64,000 nt of DNA from an uncultured Acidobacteriota bacterium (GTDB lineage Bacteria > Actinomycetota > Acidimicrobiia > Spongiisociales > ZC4RG35). The DNA lies in the NCBI GenBank assembly GCA_963711895.1, contig CAVQFU010000002.1, positions 20,021 to 84,020 of the forward strand. Reading direction: 5' to 3'. Position 1 is the first letter of the stretch; each line of letters begins with the position of its first letter. The position numbers and the translations under genes were made by a program. This document shows positions 54,442 through 64,000 of the stretch, piece after piece. The notes below the pieces were generated by a model that was not told the DNA's origin, did not search any database, and saw only the letters and a program-made list of their open reading frames with translations.

Positions 54442-55908
54442 GTGGAGGACCGGCTCTTCATCGGTGGCCGGTTCACGACTTCGCTGGCCGGCGCCACCAT
54501 AGAGGTGCGCAGCCCTCACGACGGGGGCAAGCTGGCGGATGTCTCTGAGGCAAGGGCTGAGGATGTCGACCGCGCCGTGGAATCTGCCTCAGACGCCTTC
54601 GCCGGCTGGTCGGGCACGTCGGCCATGGATCGCGGCCGGCTCTTGCTCCGGCTGGCCGATGCGATCGAGGCGGACGCTGCGGAGCTTGCCCGGATCGAGA
54701 CCCTCGACACAGGGCACCCGATAAAGGACACATCGGTCCTCGATGTTCCGAGGACCGCCGCCACGTTCCGATATTTCGGTGGGATGGCCGACAAATTCCA
54801 GGGCTCCATCCCCCCGGTCGAGTCCGGATTCCTCAACCACGTCTACCGCCGTCCTGTCGGGGTGGTGGGCCAGATCGTGCCCTGGAACTTCCCGCTCATG
54901 TTCACGAGCTGGAAGCTCGGTCCGGCTCTCGCTGCGGGAAATACCGTGGTCTACAAGCCGGCCGAGCTGACCCCGCTGTCCACGCTTCGACTTGCCGGGC
55001 TCATCGATGAGGTCGGTTTTCCCCCCGGCGTGGTCAACATCGTCCCTGGCTACGGACACACCGCCGGCGCCAGGATCGGGGAGCATCCCGGCATAGCCAA
55101 GGTCTCCTTCACCGGTTCGACTTCGACCGGGCGGAGCCTGGTGGCTGCCTCGGCGGGGAATCTGAAGCGTCTCCATCTGGAGTTGGGCGGCAAGGGGGCG
55201 AACATCGTCTTCGACGACGCCGATCTCGACGCTGCCCTGGCCGGTTCGGCGTTCGCCATCTTCCACAACCAAGGGCAGGCCTGCATTGCCGGATCGAGGC
55301 TCCTGCTCCACGAGCCCATCGCCGACGAGTTCCTCGAGCGCTTCCTCCGGCTGACCCGTACGATCAGGCTGGGTGACCCGTTGGACCACGACACCGAGAT
55401 GGGCCCACTGACTTCGCCCGGCCACAGGGATCGTGTGCTCGATTACGTAAAGGTGGCCCTGGACGAGGGAGGCGAGGTCCTCACCGGCGGGAAGGTGCCC
55501 GAAGATCCCGGGTTGGCCAACGGTTGTTATGTCGAGCCAACGGTGGTTCGAGCAAAGCCGGAAGATCGGGTGTGTCGCGAGGAGGTCTTCGGCCCGTTCG
55601 TCACAGTCTCCACGTTCTCGACGGAGGAGGAGGCGGTTGGCATCGCCAACGGCGTCGAGTACGGCCTGGGTGGGGGTCTCTGGACGAAGGACCTGACCCG
55701 GGCCCACCGCGTCGCAGACGCTCTCCACACCGGGATGGTGTGGATCAACTGCTACAAGCGGGTGAACCCGGGCTCCCCTTTCGGAGGGGTCGGCCTGTCG
55801 GGCTACGGCCGGGAGATGGGCTTCGAAGCTATGCACGAGTACACCGAGGCCAAATCGGTTTGGCTCAACGTGTCCGGCGGCCAGCCGGCCTGGTATGGGG
55901 GAGCCTGA
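54442..55908 (+). CDS. aldehyde dehydrogenase, likely 4-hydroxymuconic semialdehyde dehydrogenase
   Basis: PWNFP, FTGST, LELGGKG, FHNQGQACIAGSR, plus operon context. Confidence 0.88.
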   Translation: MEDRLFIGGRFTTSLAGATIEVRSPHDGGKLADVSEARAEDVDRAVESASDAFAGWSGTSAMDRGRLLLRLADAIEADAAELARIETLDTGHPIKDTSVLDVPRTAATFRYFGGMADKFQGSIPPVESGFLNHVYRRPVGVVGQIVPWNFPLMFTSWKLGPALAAGNTVVYKPAELTPLSTLRLAGLIDEVGFPPGVVNIVPGYGHTAGARIGEHPGIAKVSFTGSTSTGRSLVAASAGNLKRLHLELGGKGANIVFDDADLDAALAGSAFAIFHNQGQACIAGSRLLLHEPIADEFLERFLRLTRTIRLGDPLDHDTEMGPLTSPGHRDRVLDYVKVALDEGGEVLTGGKVPEDPGLANGCYVEPTVVRAKPEDRVCREEVFGPFVTVSTFSTEEEAVGIANGVEYGLGGGLWTKDLTRAHRVADALHTGMVWINCYKRVNPGSPFGGVGLSGYGREMGFEAMHEYTEAKSVWLNVSGGQPAWYGGA

Positions 55909-55911
55909 GCG

Positions 55912-56778
55912 ATGGCCGATCTCATGTCGCTCCGTGAGGCCATCACCGATTTGGTCCCGGACGGCGCCACGGTGGCGATGGAGGGATTCACTCATCTCAT
56001 CCCATTCGCCGCAGGACACGAGATCATTCGTCAGGGCAAGAAGGACCTGACGCTCATCCGGATGACACCTGATGTCGTCTACGACCAGATGATCGGCGTC
56101 GGCTGCGCCCGGAAGCTGATCTTCTCCTGGGGTGGCAACCCCGGTGTCGGGTCGCTGCACCGGTTCCGCGACGCCGTCGAGCATGGTCATCCCCGTGCTC
56201 TCGAGCTCGAGGAGCACAGTCACGCCGGGATGGCAGCCAGGTATACGGCTGGGGCGTCGGGCCTGCCGTTTGCGGTCCTGCGGGCCTACGTCGGATCCGA
56301 TCTGGCCAAGCACACCGAGGTGGCGTCGATCCACTGCCCATTCACAGGCGAGGAGCTGGCCGCAGTTCCGGCGCTCAATCCCGACGTGACCATCATCCAC
56401 GCCCAACAGGCGGATCGCTCCGGAAATGTCGCGATGTGGGGGATCACAGGCGTTCAGAAGGAGGCGGCGCTTGCGGCGCGGACAGTCATCGTGACGGTCG
56501 AAGAGGTGGTCGACGAGTTGACGCAACAAGGTCCGAATAACGTTGTCCTCCCCGGGTGGACGCTGGCCGGTGTTGCCGAGGTGCCGGGTGGCGCGCACCC
56601 GTCGTACGCGATGGGCTACTCGCAGCGTGACAACGCCTTCTACACCGACTGGGACGAGATCTCACGCGACCGCGAGGTGTTCGACAGCTGGGTAGAGGAG
56701 CACATCCTGGGTACCGACGACCACGCCTCCTACCTGGTGTCGATCGGGCAGCCGATTCGGGGAGGCCGGGATGGTTGA
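55912..56778 (+). CDS. catI: 3-oxoadipate CoA-transferase subunit A (CatI/GctA type)
   Basis: EGFTHLIPFAAGHEIIRQ, GGNPGVGSL. Confidence 0.85.
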   Translation: MADLMSLREAITDLVPDGATVAMEGFTHLIPFAAGHEIIRQGKKDLTLIRMTPDVVYDQMIGVGCARKLIFSWGGNPGVGSLHRFRDAVEHGHPRALELEEHSHAGMAARYTAGASGLPFAVLRAYVGSDLAKHTEVASIHCPFTGEELAAVPALNPDVTIIHAQQADRSGNVAMWGITGVQKEAALAARTVIVTVEEVVDELTQQGPNNVVLPGWTLAGVAEVPGGAHPSYAMGYSQRDNAFYTDWDEISRDREVFDSWVEEHILGTDDHASYLVSIGQPIRGGRDG

Positions 56779-57553
56779 CCTGCGAGCGCCGGATTCCACG
56801 TACACCTCGGACGAGATGATGACCGTGACCGCCGCCCGGTACCTCACCGACGGCCAGGTGTGTTTCGTCGGGATCGGGCTCCCCAGCGAAGCGGCCAATC
56901 TGGCCCGGATGTCGCACGCTCCGAACGTCGTGCTCATCTACGAATCAGGGACCATCGGCACCAAGCCCGACATTCTCCCCCTTTCGATCGGTGATGGGGA
57001 GCTCGCCGACAAGGCCGATCTGGTGGTCAGCGTCCCCGAGATCTTCACCTACTGGCTCCAGGCGGGCCGGATCGACGTCGGGTTCCTGTCTGCGGCGCAG
57101 ATAGATCGATTCGGGAACCTGAACAGCACCGTTGTGGGCTGCTACGAGGAACCGAAGGTGCGTCTTCCCGGTGCAGGTGGCGCCCCCGAGATCGCGACCT
57201 CGGCCGGCGAGGTGATCGTGATGCTCCGCCACACCGAGCGTGCATTCGTCCCGTTGGTCGACTTCGTCACCTCAGTCGGCTTCGGGAGGGGCGGCGAGGG
57301 CCGGCCCGAGCGCGCCGGAAAGGGGCCGACGGTGGTCATCACCGATCTCGGCGTTCTCCGGCCTGATCCCGCCAGCAATGAGCTGACGCTGGTCGCAACG
57401 CATCCCGGGGTGGACGTGGAAGAGGTCAAGGCCAACACCGGGTGGGACCTGATGGTCGCCGACGACGCGATCACCACCAGTCCGCCGACGACGGAAGAGC
57501 TCGAGATCCTCAGGGGCCTCAAGGCGAGGACGAAAGAGGCCCACGCCAAATGA
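56771..57553 (+). CDS. catJ: 3-oxoadipate CoA-transferase subunit B (CatJ/GctB type)
   Basis: FVGIGLPS, LIYESG, RLPGAGGAPEIA. Confidence 0.85.
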   Translation: MVDLRAPDSTYTSDEMMTVTAARYLTDGQVCFVGIGLPSEAANLARMSHAPNVVLIYESGTIGTKPDILPLSIGDGELADKADLVVSVPEIFTYWLQAGRIDVGFLSAAQIDRFGNLNSTVVGCYEEPKVRLPGAGGAPEIATSAGEVIVMLRHTERAFVPLVDFVTSVGFGRGGEGRPERAGKGPTVVITDLGVLRPDPASNELTLVATHPGVDVEEVKANTGWDLMVADDAITTSPPTTEELEILRGLKARTKEAHAK

Positions 57554-58614
57554 GACCCTTCGTGGTCGACCAACCGGCGACGAGGGTCCGCTTCGGCTCC
57601 GGGGCCATCGGCGACACCGGCGCCGAGCTCGACCGACTCGACGCCGAACGTGTGCTCTTGATCGCCTCCACCAGCGCAAAGGCCGAGGCAGACCGGATCG
57701 TGAACGACGTCGGAGACCGGGTGATCGCCCGGATCGACGAAACGCGGCCACATGTCCCCGCCGCCTGGGCGGAGAGGGCTCGTGAATTGGCCGAGTCGAG
57801 CCGGGCCGATTCGGTGGTCACCATCGGCGGTGGCTCCACGACAGGGCTGGGCAAGGCGGTGGCTCTGGCTCGCCATGTTGCGTTCCTGGCCATTCCGACC
57901 ACCTACGCGGGCTCGGAGATGACCCCGATCTACGGGATCACCGAGGGCGACATCAAACGGACCGGTCGTGACCTGCGGGTCAGGCCGGCGACAGTCATCT
58001 ACGACGTCGACCTCACCCTTCGCCTCCCTTCCGACGTAACCGCCGGGAGCACCATGAATGCACTGGCCCACTGTGTCGAGGCCATGTATGCGGAGGAGCG
58101 GAACCCGATCGTGTCGTTGCTCGCATTCGAGGGCATCGGGGCTTTGAGATCAGGTTCACTTTCGGTGTCCGAAGATGCCGGCAACATCGAGGGCCGTGGC
58201 CGGCTCCTCTACGGCGCGTTCCTGGCCGGTTCCGCTCTGGGCTCGGTGGGAATGGCGGTCCACCACCGGATCTGTCATGTCCTCGGGGGGACATTTGGAC
58301 TGGCCCATGGCGATGCCAATGCCGTGATTCTCCCCTACGTCGTCGCCTACAACCAGTCGTGGGAGCCCGAGGTGATGGCAACTATTGCCGCAGCTATGGG
58401 CGGCAGCGAGCCATGGGCTGCAGTGCACGACCTCGGTGGGAGGCTGGGCGCTCCGGGAAGCCTGTCCGAGTTGGGGATGAAAGAGGCCGACCTGGACAGG
58501 GCGGTGGAGATGGTGGTGGCCGCTGGGGGATACAACCCGAGACCGGTCGAGGCCGGTTGGTTACGTCAACTCTTGGGTGACGCCTATGAGGGGCGTGACC
58601 CCGCAGGGCAATGA
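57550..58614 (+). CDS. maleylacetate reductase
   Basis: HVP, GGGSTTGLGKA, PTTYAGSEMT, NALAH, HHRICHVLGG. Confidence 0.9.
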   Translation: MRPFVVDQPATRVRFGSGAIGDTGAELDRLDAERVLLIASTSAKAEADRIVNDVGDRVIARIDETRPHVPAAWAERARELAESSRADSVVTIGGGSTTGLGKAVALARHVAFLAIPTTYAGSEMTPIYGITEGDIKRTGRDLRVRPATVIYDVDLTLRLPSDVTAGSTMNALAHCVEAMYAEERNPIVSLLAFEGIGALRSGSLSVSEDAGNIEGRGRLLYGAFLAGSALGSVGMAVHHRICHVLGGTFGLAHGDANAVILPYVVAYNQSWEPEVMATIAAAMGGSEPWAAVHDLGGRLGAPGSLSELGMKEADLDRAVEMVVAAGGYNPRPVEAGWLRQLLGDAYEGRDPAGQ

Positions 58615-58649
58615 CAACAGGCAAGGCGGGACGAGACGGAGGAGGCATC

Positions 58650-60062
58650 GTGGCGCACAACGACAAGAGCGAGAGCACGGACGGAGGATCGAGCGGGCTC
58701 GGAACTTCACGCCGAGATTTCCTGAGGATGGCCGGACTGGGCGGCGTGGCGGTGGTCGGAGGGGGCCTGTTCGCAGCATGCGCCGACGACAGTGGCGCCA
58801 CCACCACCACTGGGGCCGCGGGGGCGACGACTACGACCGCGGCCGGGACTACGACGGTCAGCGCTGCCGCGGCCGGCCGTCCGATCAAGATCGGATACGT
58901 GTCGCCGCAGACTGGCCCACTGGCGGCCTTCGGTGAGGCGGACCAGTTCGTGATCGGATCCGTCGAGGCCCAGTTCGGGGACGGGCTGACCGTGGCGGGC
59001 GTGACCCATCCCATCGAGATCGTCACCCGGGACACGCAATCCGACCCGGTCATCGCCGGCACGGTCGCCGGGGAGCTGATCCTCGACGAGGGCGTCGACC
59101 TCATGCTTGTTGCGTCGACCCCGGAAACCACCAATCCCGTCTCCGACCAGTGCGAGATAAATGGCATTCCCTGCGTCTCCACGGTTGCCCCCTGGCAGCC
59201 GTGGTTCTTCGGTCGCAACGGGGATCCCGCGGTTGGCTTCACCTGGACCTATCACTATTTCTGGGGGCTGGAAGGGCTGATCCCGCAGTTCATCGCCCTT
59301 TGGGACCAGCTCGAGACCAACAAGGTGGTGGGTGGCCTCTTCCCCAATGATGGTGACGGGCAGGCATGGGGCGATCCGGAGCTGGGGTTTCCCCCGGCGC
59401 TGGAGGCCGCCGGGTACACGATCATCGACCCGGGGCGGTACGAGAATCTCTCCTCCGACTTCTCGGCGCAGATCACCGCCTTCACCGATGGCGGGGCGGA
59501 GCTAATCACCGGTGTCCCCCTGCCGCCGGATTTCGCTGTGTTCTGGACCCAGGCGGCCCAGCAAGGCCTGGCTCCGGTGGGCGCCACGATCGGCAAGGCG
59601 ATTCTGTTCCCGGCCGCGGTGGAGGCTCTCGACGGCGATTCGGGTGACGGTCTGACCTCCGAGGTGTGGTGGAGCCCGAGTCACCCATTCACATCGTCGC
59701 TCACCGGGCAGACCTCGCAGGAGGTCGCCGAGGCCTACACCTCGGAGACCAGTCGTCAATGGACCCAGCCGATCGGCTTTGTCCACTCCCTGTTCGAGGT
59801 GGCCGCGGATGTCCTCTCGCGCACACAGGACATCGAGGACAAACAGTCGATCCTCGACGCGGTCACCGGTACCAACCTGGCCACGCTGGTCGGGCCGGTC
59901 AACTGGACGGCGGAAGGGCCGGTTCCCAACGTGTCCACGACGCCACTGGTCGGCGGGCAGTGGGTGCTGGGCGGGGACTTCAGGTACGACCTGGTGGTGG
60001 TGGACAACTCACAGACGCCGGATGTGCCGGTGGGCGGTGCGATCAAGCCGATCGGCGCCTGA
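58650..60062 (+). CDS. LivK-type ABC substrate-binding lipoprotein (Tat signal)
   Basis: SRRDFL, FAAC lipobox, IKIGYVSPQTGPLA. Confidence 0.9.
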   Translation: MAHNDKSESTDGGSSGLGTSRRDFLRMAGLGGVAVVGGGLFAACADDSGATTTTGAAGATTTTAAGTTTVSAAAAGRPIKIGYVSPQTGPLAAFGEADQFVIGSVEAQFGDGLTVAGVTHPIEIVTRDTQSDPVIAGTVAGELILDEGVDLMLVASTPETTNPVSDQCEINGIPCVSTVAPWQPWFFGRNGDPAVGFTWTYHYFWGLEGLIPQFIALWDQLETNKVVGGLFPNDGDGQAWGDPELGFPPALEAAGYTIIDPGRYENLSSDFSAQITAFTDGGAELITGVPLPPDFAVFWTQAAQQGLAPVGATIGKAILFPAAVEALDGDSGDGLTSEVWWSPSHPFTSSLTGQTSQEVAEAYTSETSRQWTQPIGFVHSLFEVAADVLSRTQDIEDKQSILDAVTGTNLATLVGPVNWTAEGPVPNVSTTPLVGGQWVLGGDFRYDLVVVDNSQTPDVPVGGAIKPIGA

Positions 60063-60067
60063 CCGAG

Positions 60068-60790
60068 GTGCTGCCGGCTCTGGAGGTCGACGGCGTCAGC
60101 AAGTCGTTCGGCGCCCTAAAGGTCATCGATGACCTCAGTGTCACCCTGGGCCAGGGCGAGGCGCTCGGGATCGTTGGCCCCAACGGCGCCGGCAAGACCA
60201 CCCTGTTCAATCTGATCACCGGGTCGCTCCCGCCCGACAGCGGGACGATCCGGTTCGATCAGGAGGCCATCGTGGCGCAGGCCCCACATCTCCGGGTCCG
60301 GCAGGGGCTGGGCCGGACCTATCAGATACCGAGGCCGTTCGCCGGTATGACCGTTTTCGAGAACATCCTCGTCGCCGCCTCCTATGGCAGTGTCAAAGGG
60401 TCGGGCTCCAGCCACGAGCGATGTGTCGAGATCCTCGGAGCAGCCAACCTGATGCACAAGGCGAACTCCCTGGCCGGCACTCTGACCATTCTGGAACGTA
60501 AGAGGCTGGAACTGGGACGCGCCCTGGCCACCAATCCGACCGTTCTGCTCCTCGATGAGATCGCCGGTGGCCTCACCGATCCCGAGGTAGAGGAGCTCAT
60601 CGAGGGCATCCGGTCCATCCACAGATCAGGCATGTCGATCATCTGGATCGAGCACCTGCTGCACGCCCTGGTCGCCGTGGTGGATCGGGTGCAGGCCATA
60701 CATTTTGGAAGACACCTCATCGAAGGCGACCCGGCCGTCATCATGGACAGCCCTGAGATCCGTGAGGTCTATCTAGGGATCGAGGAGTGA
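60068..60790 (+). CDS. ABC ATPase (LivG-like)
   Basis: GPNGAGKTT, LLLDE. Confidence 0.92.
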   Translation: MLPALEVDGVSKSFGALKVIDDLSVTLGQGEALGIVGPNGAGKTTLFNLITGSLPPDSGTIRFDQEAIVAQAPHLRVRQGLGRTYQIPRPFAGMTVFENILVAASYGSVKGSGSSHERCVEILGAANLMHKANSLAGTLTILERKRLELGRALATNPTVLLLDEIAGGLTDPEVEELIEGIRSIHRSGMSIIWIEHLLHALVAVVDRVQAIHFGRHLIEGDPAVIMDSPEIREVYLGIEE

Positions 60791-61509
60791 CCGGGCCGGT
60801 GCCCAACATCCTCGAAGTGCATGCGCTGAACGCGTTCTACGGGCCGTTTCAGGCGCTGTTCGGAGCGCACATCGAGGTCGCCGAAGGGGAGATCGTTGCT
60901 GTGATCGGGGCCAACGGGGCGGGCAAGTCGACCCTGCTCCGCAGCATTGTCGGATGGTCGACGGCCACACCTGAGGCGGTCGTCTTCGCCGGGGAACCCA
61001 TCGGGGGCGAGCCGCCGGAGCTCGTAGCCGCCCGGGGTTTGTCGATGGTCCCGGAGGGCCGCCGCATCTTCCCCTCCCTGACGGTGGAGGAGAACCTGAT
61101 GATGGGTGCCTACGTGCGACGCCGGGGCCCATGGGACCTGGGTCGGGTCTACCAGCTCTTTCCTGTGTTGAGGGAGCGGCGGTACTCGTTTGGCACACTT
61201 CTCTCCGGTGGTGAGCAGCAAATGCTGGCCATAGGGCGCGGTCTGATGTCCAACCCGCGCTTGATCCTCCTCGACGAGATATCGCTGGGACTGGCGCCGA
61301 TCGCGGTTAGGGAGCTGTATCGGGCGATCCCCGCCCTTCGTGACGAAGGGATGTCGGTGCTGCTGGTGGAACAGGATGTCAAGCAGGCGACGGCAACGGC
61401 GGACCGGATCTACTGCCTGCTCCGGGGCCGGGTCTCCATGGAGGCACCGGCTGACAAGGTGAACCAGGAGGACCTCGTGGCGGCGTACTTCGGGGTCAGA
61501 GGAGGGTGA
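60787..61509 (+). CDS. ABC ATPase (LivF-like)
   Basis: GANGAGKST, LSGGEQQ. Confidence 0.92.
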   Translation: MTGPVPNILEVHALNAFYGPFQALFGAHIEVAEGEIVAVIGANGAGKSTLLRSIVGWSTATPEAVVFAGEPIGGEPPELVAARGLSMVPEGRRIFPSLTVEENLMMGAYVRRRGPWDLGRVYQLFPVLRERRYSFGTLLSGGEQQMLAIGRGLMSNPRLILLDEISLGLAPIAVRELYRAIPALRDEGMSVLLVEQDVKQATATADRIYCLLRGRVSMEAPADKVNQEDLVAAYFGVRGG

Positions 61510-62366
61510 CCGACGCCATAGTGCAAGGCGTGCTCCTCGGCGGCCTCTACGCCCTGTTCGCCGCAGGCCTGGCCATCGTTTTTGGAGTGATGAAGATCGT
61601 CAATCTCGCCCACGGGGATCTCATCATCCTCTCCGCGTACTTCACTCTGGTGCTTGCCGACCTGACCTCGTGGAACCCGATGCTGACCGTCGTCATGGTG
61701 GCGGCGATCATGGGTTTGCTCGGGTATCTGCTTCAGCGCGGCTTGATCCAGCGCTCGCTCGGATCGGGTCTGCTCCCTCCCCTCGTGGTCACCTTCGGGT
61801 TGTCGCTCATCATCCAGAACGTCCTTCTCGAAGTGTTCACTGCCGACACCCAGGGTCTCGACGCAGGCTCGATCGAATTGAGCAGCCTCCGGCTACCCAC
61901 CGGTACGACGGTCGGCTGGTTTCCTCTCCTCACTTTCGCCCTTGCAGTGGTCGTGCTCGGCGCCCTCCAGCTGCTCGTAGGCCACACCCGTCTTGGTCGA
62001 TCTCTGCGCGCCGTTTCCGACGATGCCGAGACGGCCACCTTGATGGGAATCCGCACCCGCCATGTATTCGCGATGACGATGGCTGTGGCCCTGGTAGTCA
62101 CGGCGATCGGGGGAGTGGTGCTCGGCATCCGCACTCAGTTCGACCCCTCACTCGGCCCGGCTCGCCTGATCTACGCCTTCGAGGCGGTGGTAATCGGCGG
62201 GCTCGGCTCGTTGTGGGGGACTCTCGTCGGCGGCATCGTTCTTGGTGTTTCACAGAGCGTGGGGTCCTACCTCAATCCCGGTTGGACAGAGCTTGCCGGG
62301 CACCTGGTGTTCCTGCTCGTGCTGGCGATACGGCCATCGGGACTGTTCGGCAGGGCCGAGACGTGA
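61506..62366 (+). CDS. ABC permease (LivH-like)
   Basis: FGVMKIVNLAHG, VIGGLGS. Confidence 0.92.
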   Translation: MTDAIVQGVLLGGLYALFAAGLAIVFGVMKIVNLAHGDLIILSAYFTLVLADLTSWNPMLTVVMVAAIMGLLGYLLQRGLIQRSLGSGLLPPLVVTFGLSLIIQNVLLEVFTADTQGLDAGSIELSSLRLPTGTTVGWFPLLTFALAVVVLGALQLLVGHTRLGRSLRAVSDDAETATLMGIRTRHVFAMTMAVALVVTAIGGVVLGIRTQFDPSLGPARLIYAFEAVVIGGLGSLWGTLVGGIVLGVSQSVGSYLNPGWTELAGHLVFLLVLAIRPSGLFGRAET

Positions 62367-63382
62367 CCACCACATATCGGGTAGAGCTGGGAACCCGCGC
62401 CAGCCGCCGATTCGGGGTGATAGCGGTCGTTGGATGCATCCTCTTGGCTTTCGTCCCGTTCGTAGCCGACCGATCGCTCCTCGTGTCCCTCACCCAGCTG
62501 ATGATCCTCATTGCCCTGGGTGAGCTGTGGAATCTCCTCGCCGGCTACGCCGGGATCTACAGCTTCGGACAGCAAGCCTTCGTGGGAATCGGTGCCTACG
62601 CCACGTTCGCCTTCGCCGACCTCGCCGGCTGGAACCTGTGGCTCTCTATCGCCCTCTCGGCGGTGGTCGCCGTGGTGATTGCCGTCCCCACCGCCCTGCT
62701 CGTCTTCCGCCTCCATGGGGGCTATTTCGCAGTCGCCACCTGGGTTGTCGCCGAGACCTACCGGCTGATCGTCAAGAACAACGCCACTCTCTATCCACGG
62801 GGCACCCCGCAGCCGCTCCGGACTCTCAGCACACTGGGCGAGAACAGGTTCGAGGTGGTCTATTGGCTCGCACTCGCCGTAGGAATCGGCACCGTTGTCG
62901 GCGCCTTGTATCTGCTCCGCTCCCGTCTCGGGCTCGCATTGAACGCAATCCGCGACGACGAGGAGGCGGCCACTGCCAGCGGGGTGGATGTGAGGCGGGT
63001 CAAGTTGACCATGTATCTGGCAGTCGCCGCGATGACCGGCTTGGTCGGAGCCATCTACCTGCTCAACAACGTTTCGATCGATCCCGACAGCTACTTCTCC
63101 ATCGGCCTGACTGCCCAGATGGTGATCGTGGTGGTGGTGGGCGGACTGGGGACGATCGAAGGCCCGATCGTTGGCTCCATCATCTACTTCCTGCTCGACG
63201 AGAACCTCAGCGAGCTCGGCGCGTGGTGGTTCATCGTCCTCGGCCTGTTCCTGATCATCGTGATGCTGTGGGCTCCAAAGGGGGTGTGGGGGACCCTCCA
63301 GGAACGCACCGGGCTCCGTTTGTTCCCGGTCCAGCGCCGGCTCGTGGCCGACGAGCCGGGGAGTGACCCCGCCGTGCCATGA
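62363..63382 (+). CDS. ABC permease (LivM-like)
   Basis: WNLLAGYAG, YFAVAT, AIRDDEEAA. Confidence 0.92.
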   Translation: MTTTYRVELGTRASRRFGVIAVVGCILLAFVPFVADRSLLVSLTQLMILIALGELWNLLAGYAGIYSFGQQAFVGIGAYATFAFADLAGWNLWLSIALSAVVAVVIAVPTALLVFRLHGGYFAVATWVVAETYRLIVKNNATLYPRGTPQPLRTLSTLGENRFEVVYWLALAVGIGTVVGALYLLRSRLGLALNAIRDDEEAATASGVDVRRVKLTMYLAVAAMTGLVGAIYLLNNVSIDPDSYFSIGLTAQMVIVVVVGGLGTIEGPIVGSIIYFLLDENLSELGAWWFIVLGLFLIIVMLWAPKGVWGTLQERTGLRLFPVQRRLVADEPGSDPAVP

Positions 63383-64000
63383 TGAGCAACGTTATGTCTG
63401 ACTCGGGCTCGGGTTTCGAGCCGACCTTCCGTGACCCGGACCAGGTGATGGAGCTCCTGGCCGGTGTGGCCTATCTCGCCGACGAGCGGATTGCCACTGC
63501 CATCTTCGTTGCCGACGTTCTCGGGAAACCCCTCCTCTGCGAAGGCCCCGCCGGGGTGGGGAAGACGGAGCTGGCCAAGTCGGTTGCGGCGGTGACGGGT
63601 CGACGATTGATCCGTCTCCAGTGCTACGAGGGGCTCGACGAGTCCAAGGCCCTCTACGAGTGGAACTACAAGAAGCAGTTGCTCCGCATCCAGGCCGAAC
63701 CGGAAGGCGCGGAGTGGGAACAGACCGAAGCTGACATCTTCGACGAAGACTTCCTTCTCGAGCGGCCCCTCCTGGCCGCCATTCGGTCCCCGGACCCGGT
63801 CGTCCTGTTGATCGACGAAGTGGACCGGATCGAGGTGGAGACAGAGGCCTTGCTCCTGGAGATCCTTTCCGACTTTCAGGTGTCGGTTCCCGAGCTGGGG
63901 ACGATCGTCGCTGCGTCGAGGCCGTCGGTCTTCCTCACCTCGAACAACACCCGGGAGTTATCGGAGGCGCTGAAACGGCGTTGTGTGTTCCTCGACATCG
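63379..64000 (+). CDS. MoxR/CoxD-like AAA+ ATPase (partial)
   Basis: Manual translation: PLLCEGPAGVGKTELAK, RLQCYEGLDESKALYEWNY, LLIDEVD. Confidence 0.9.
   Translation, partial: MMSNVMSDSGSGFEPTFRDPDQVMELLAGVAYLADERIATAIFVADVLGKPLLCEGPAGVGKTELAKSVAAVTGRRLIRLQCYEGLDESKALYEWNYKKQLLRIQAEPEGAEWEQTEADIFDEDFLLERPLLAAIRSPDPVVLLIDEVDRIEVETEALLLEILSDFQVSVPELGTIVAASRPSVFLTSNNTRELSEALKRRCVFLDI

Overview
High-GC actinobacterial DNA, most likely Acidimicrobiia-like (WhiB, DUF3107, Ku/LigD, rho-rpmE-prfA-prmC-tsaC-glyA-atp synteny). Five blocks are visible. (1) 1-18.4 kb: a GntR-associated catabolic cluster of unknown substrate (short PEP-utilising dikinase, two M24-family enzymes, HMGL-like synthase, several oxidoreductases, amidohydrolase, aldolase, sugar ABC transporter). 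(2) tRNA-Gln preceded by two degenerate tRNA-derived repeats, then glmU-prs and other core genes. (3) A 3.6 kb integrase-less islet at tRNA-Arg(CCG), bounded by a 39-bp att duplication. It carries TlpA/CcdA and a SAM methyltransferase with an in-frame TGA followed by Cys and an fdhF-like SECIS hairpin; this candidate selenoprotein is the top finding. (4) The thrC-rho-...-atp core region, with a response regulator/HEAT/GT2 insert and Rex-like operators. A 166-bp structured element that always starts on a TAG stop codon occurs twice here and once at whiB. (5) A two-subunit hydroquinone dioxygenase lower pathway with an ABC importer. Several local clusters of single-base indels look like sequencing errors. 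All calls were made by eye with no database searches, so start codons are best estimates.
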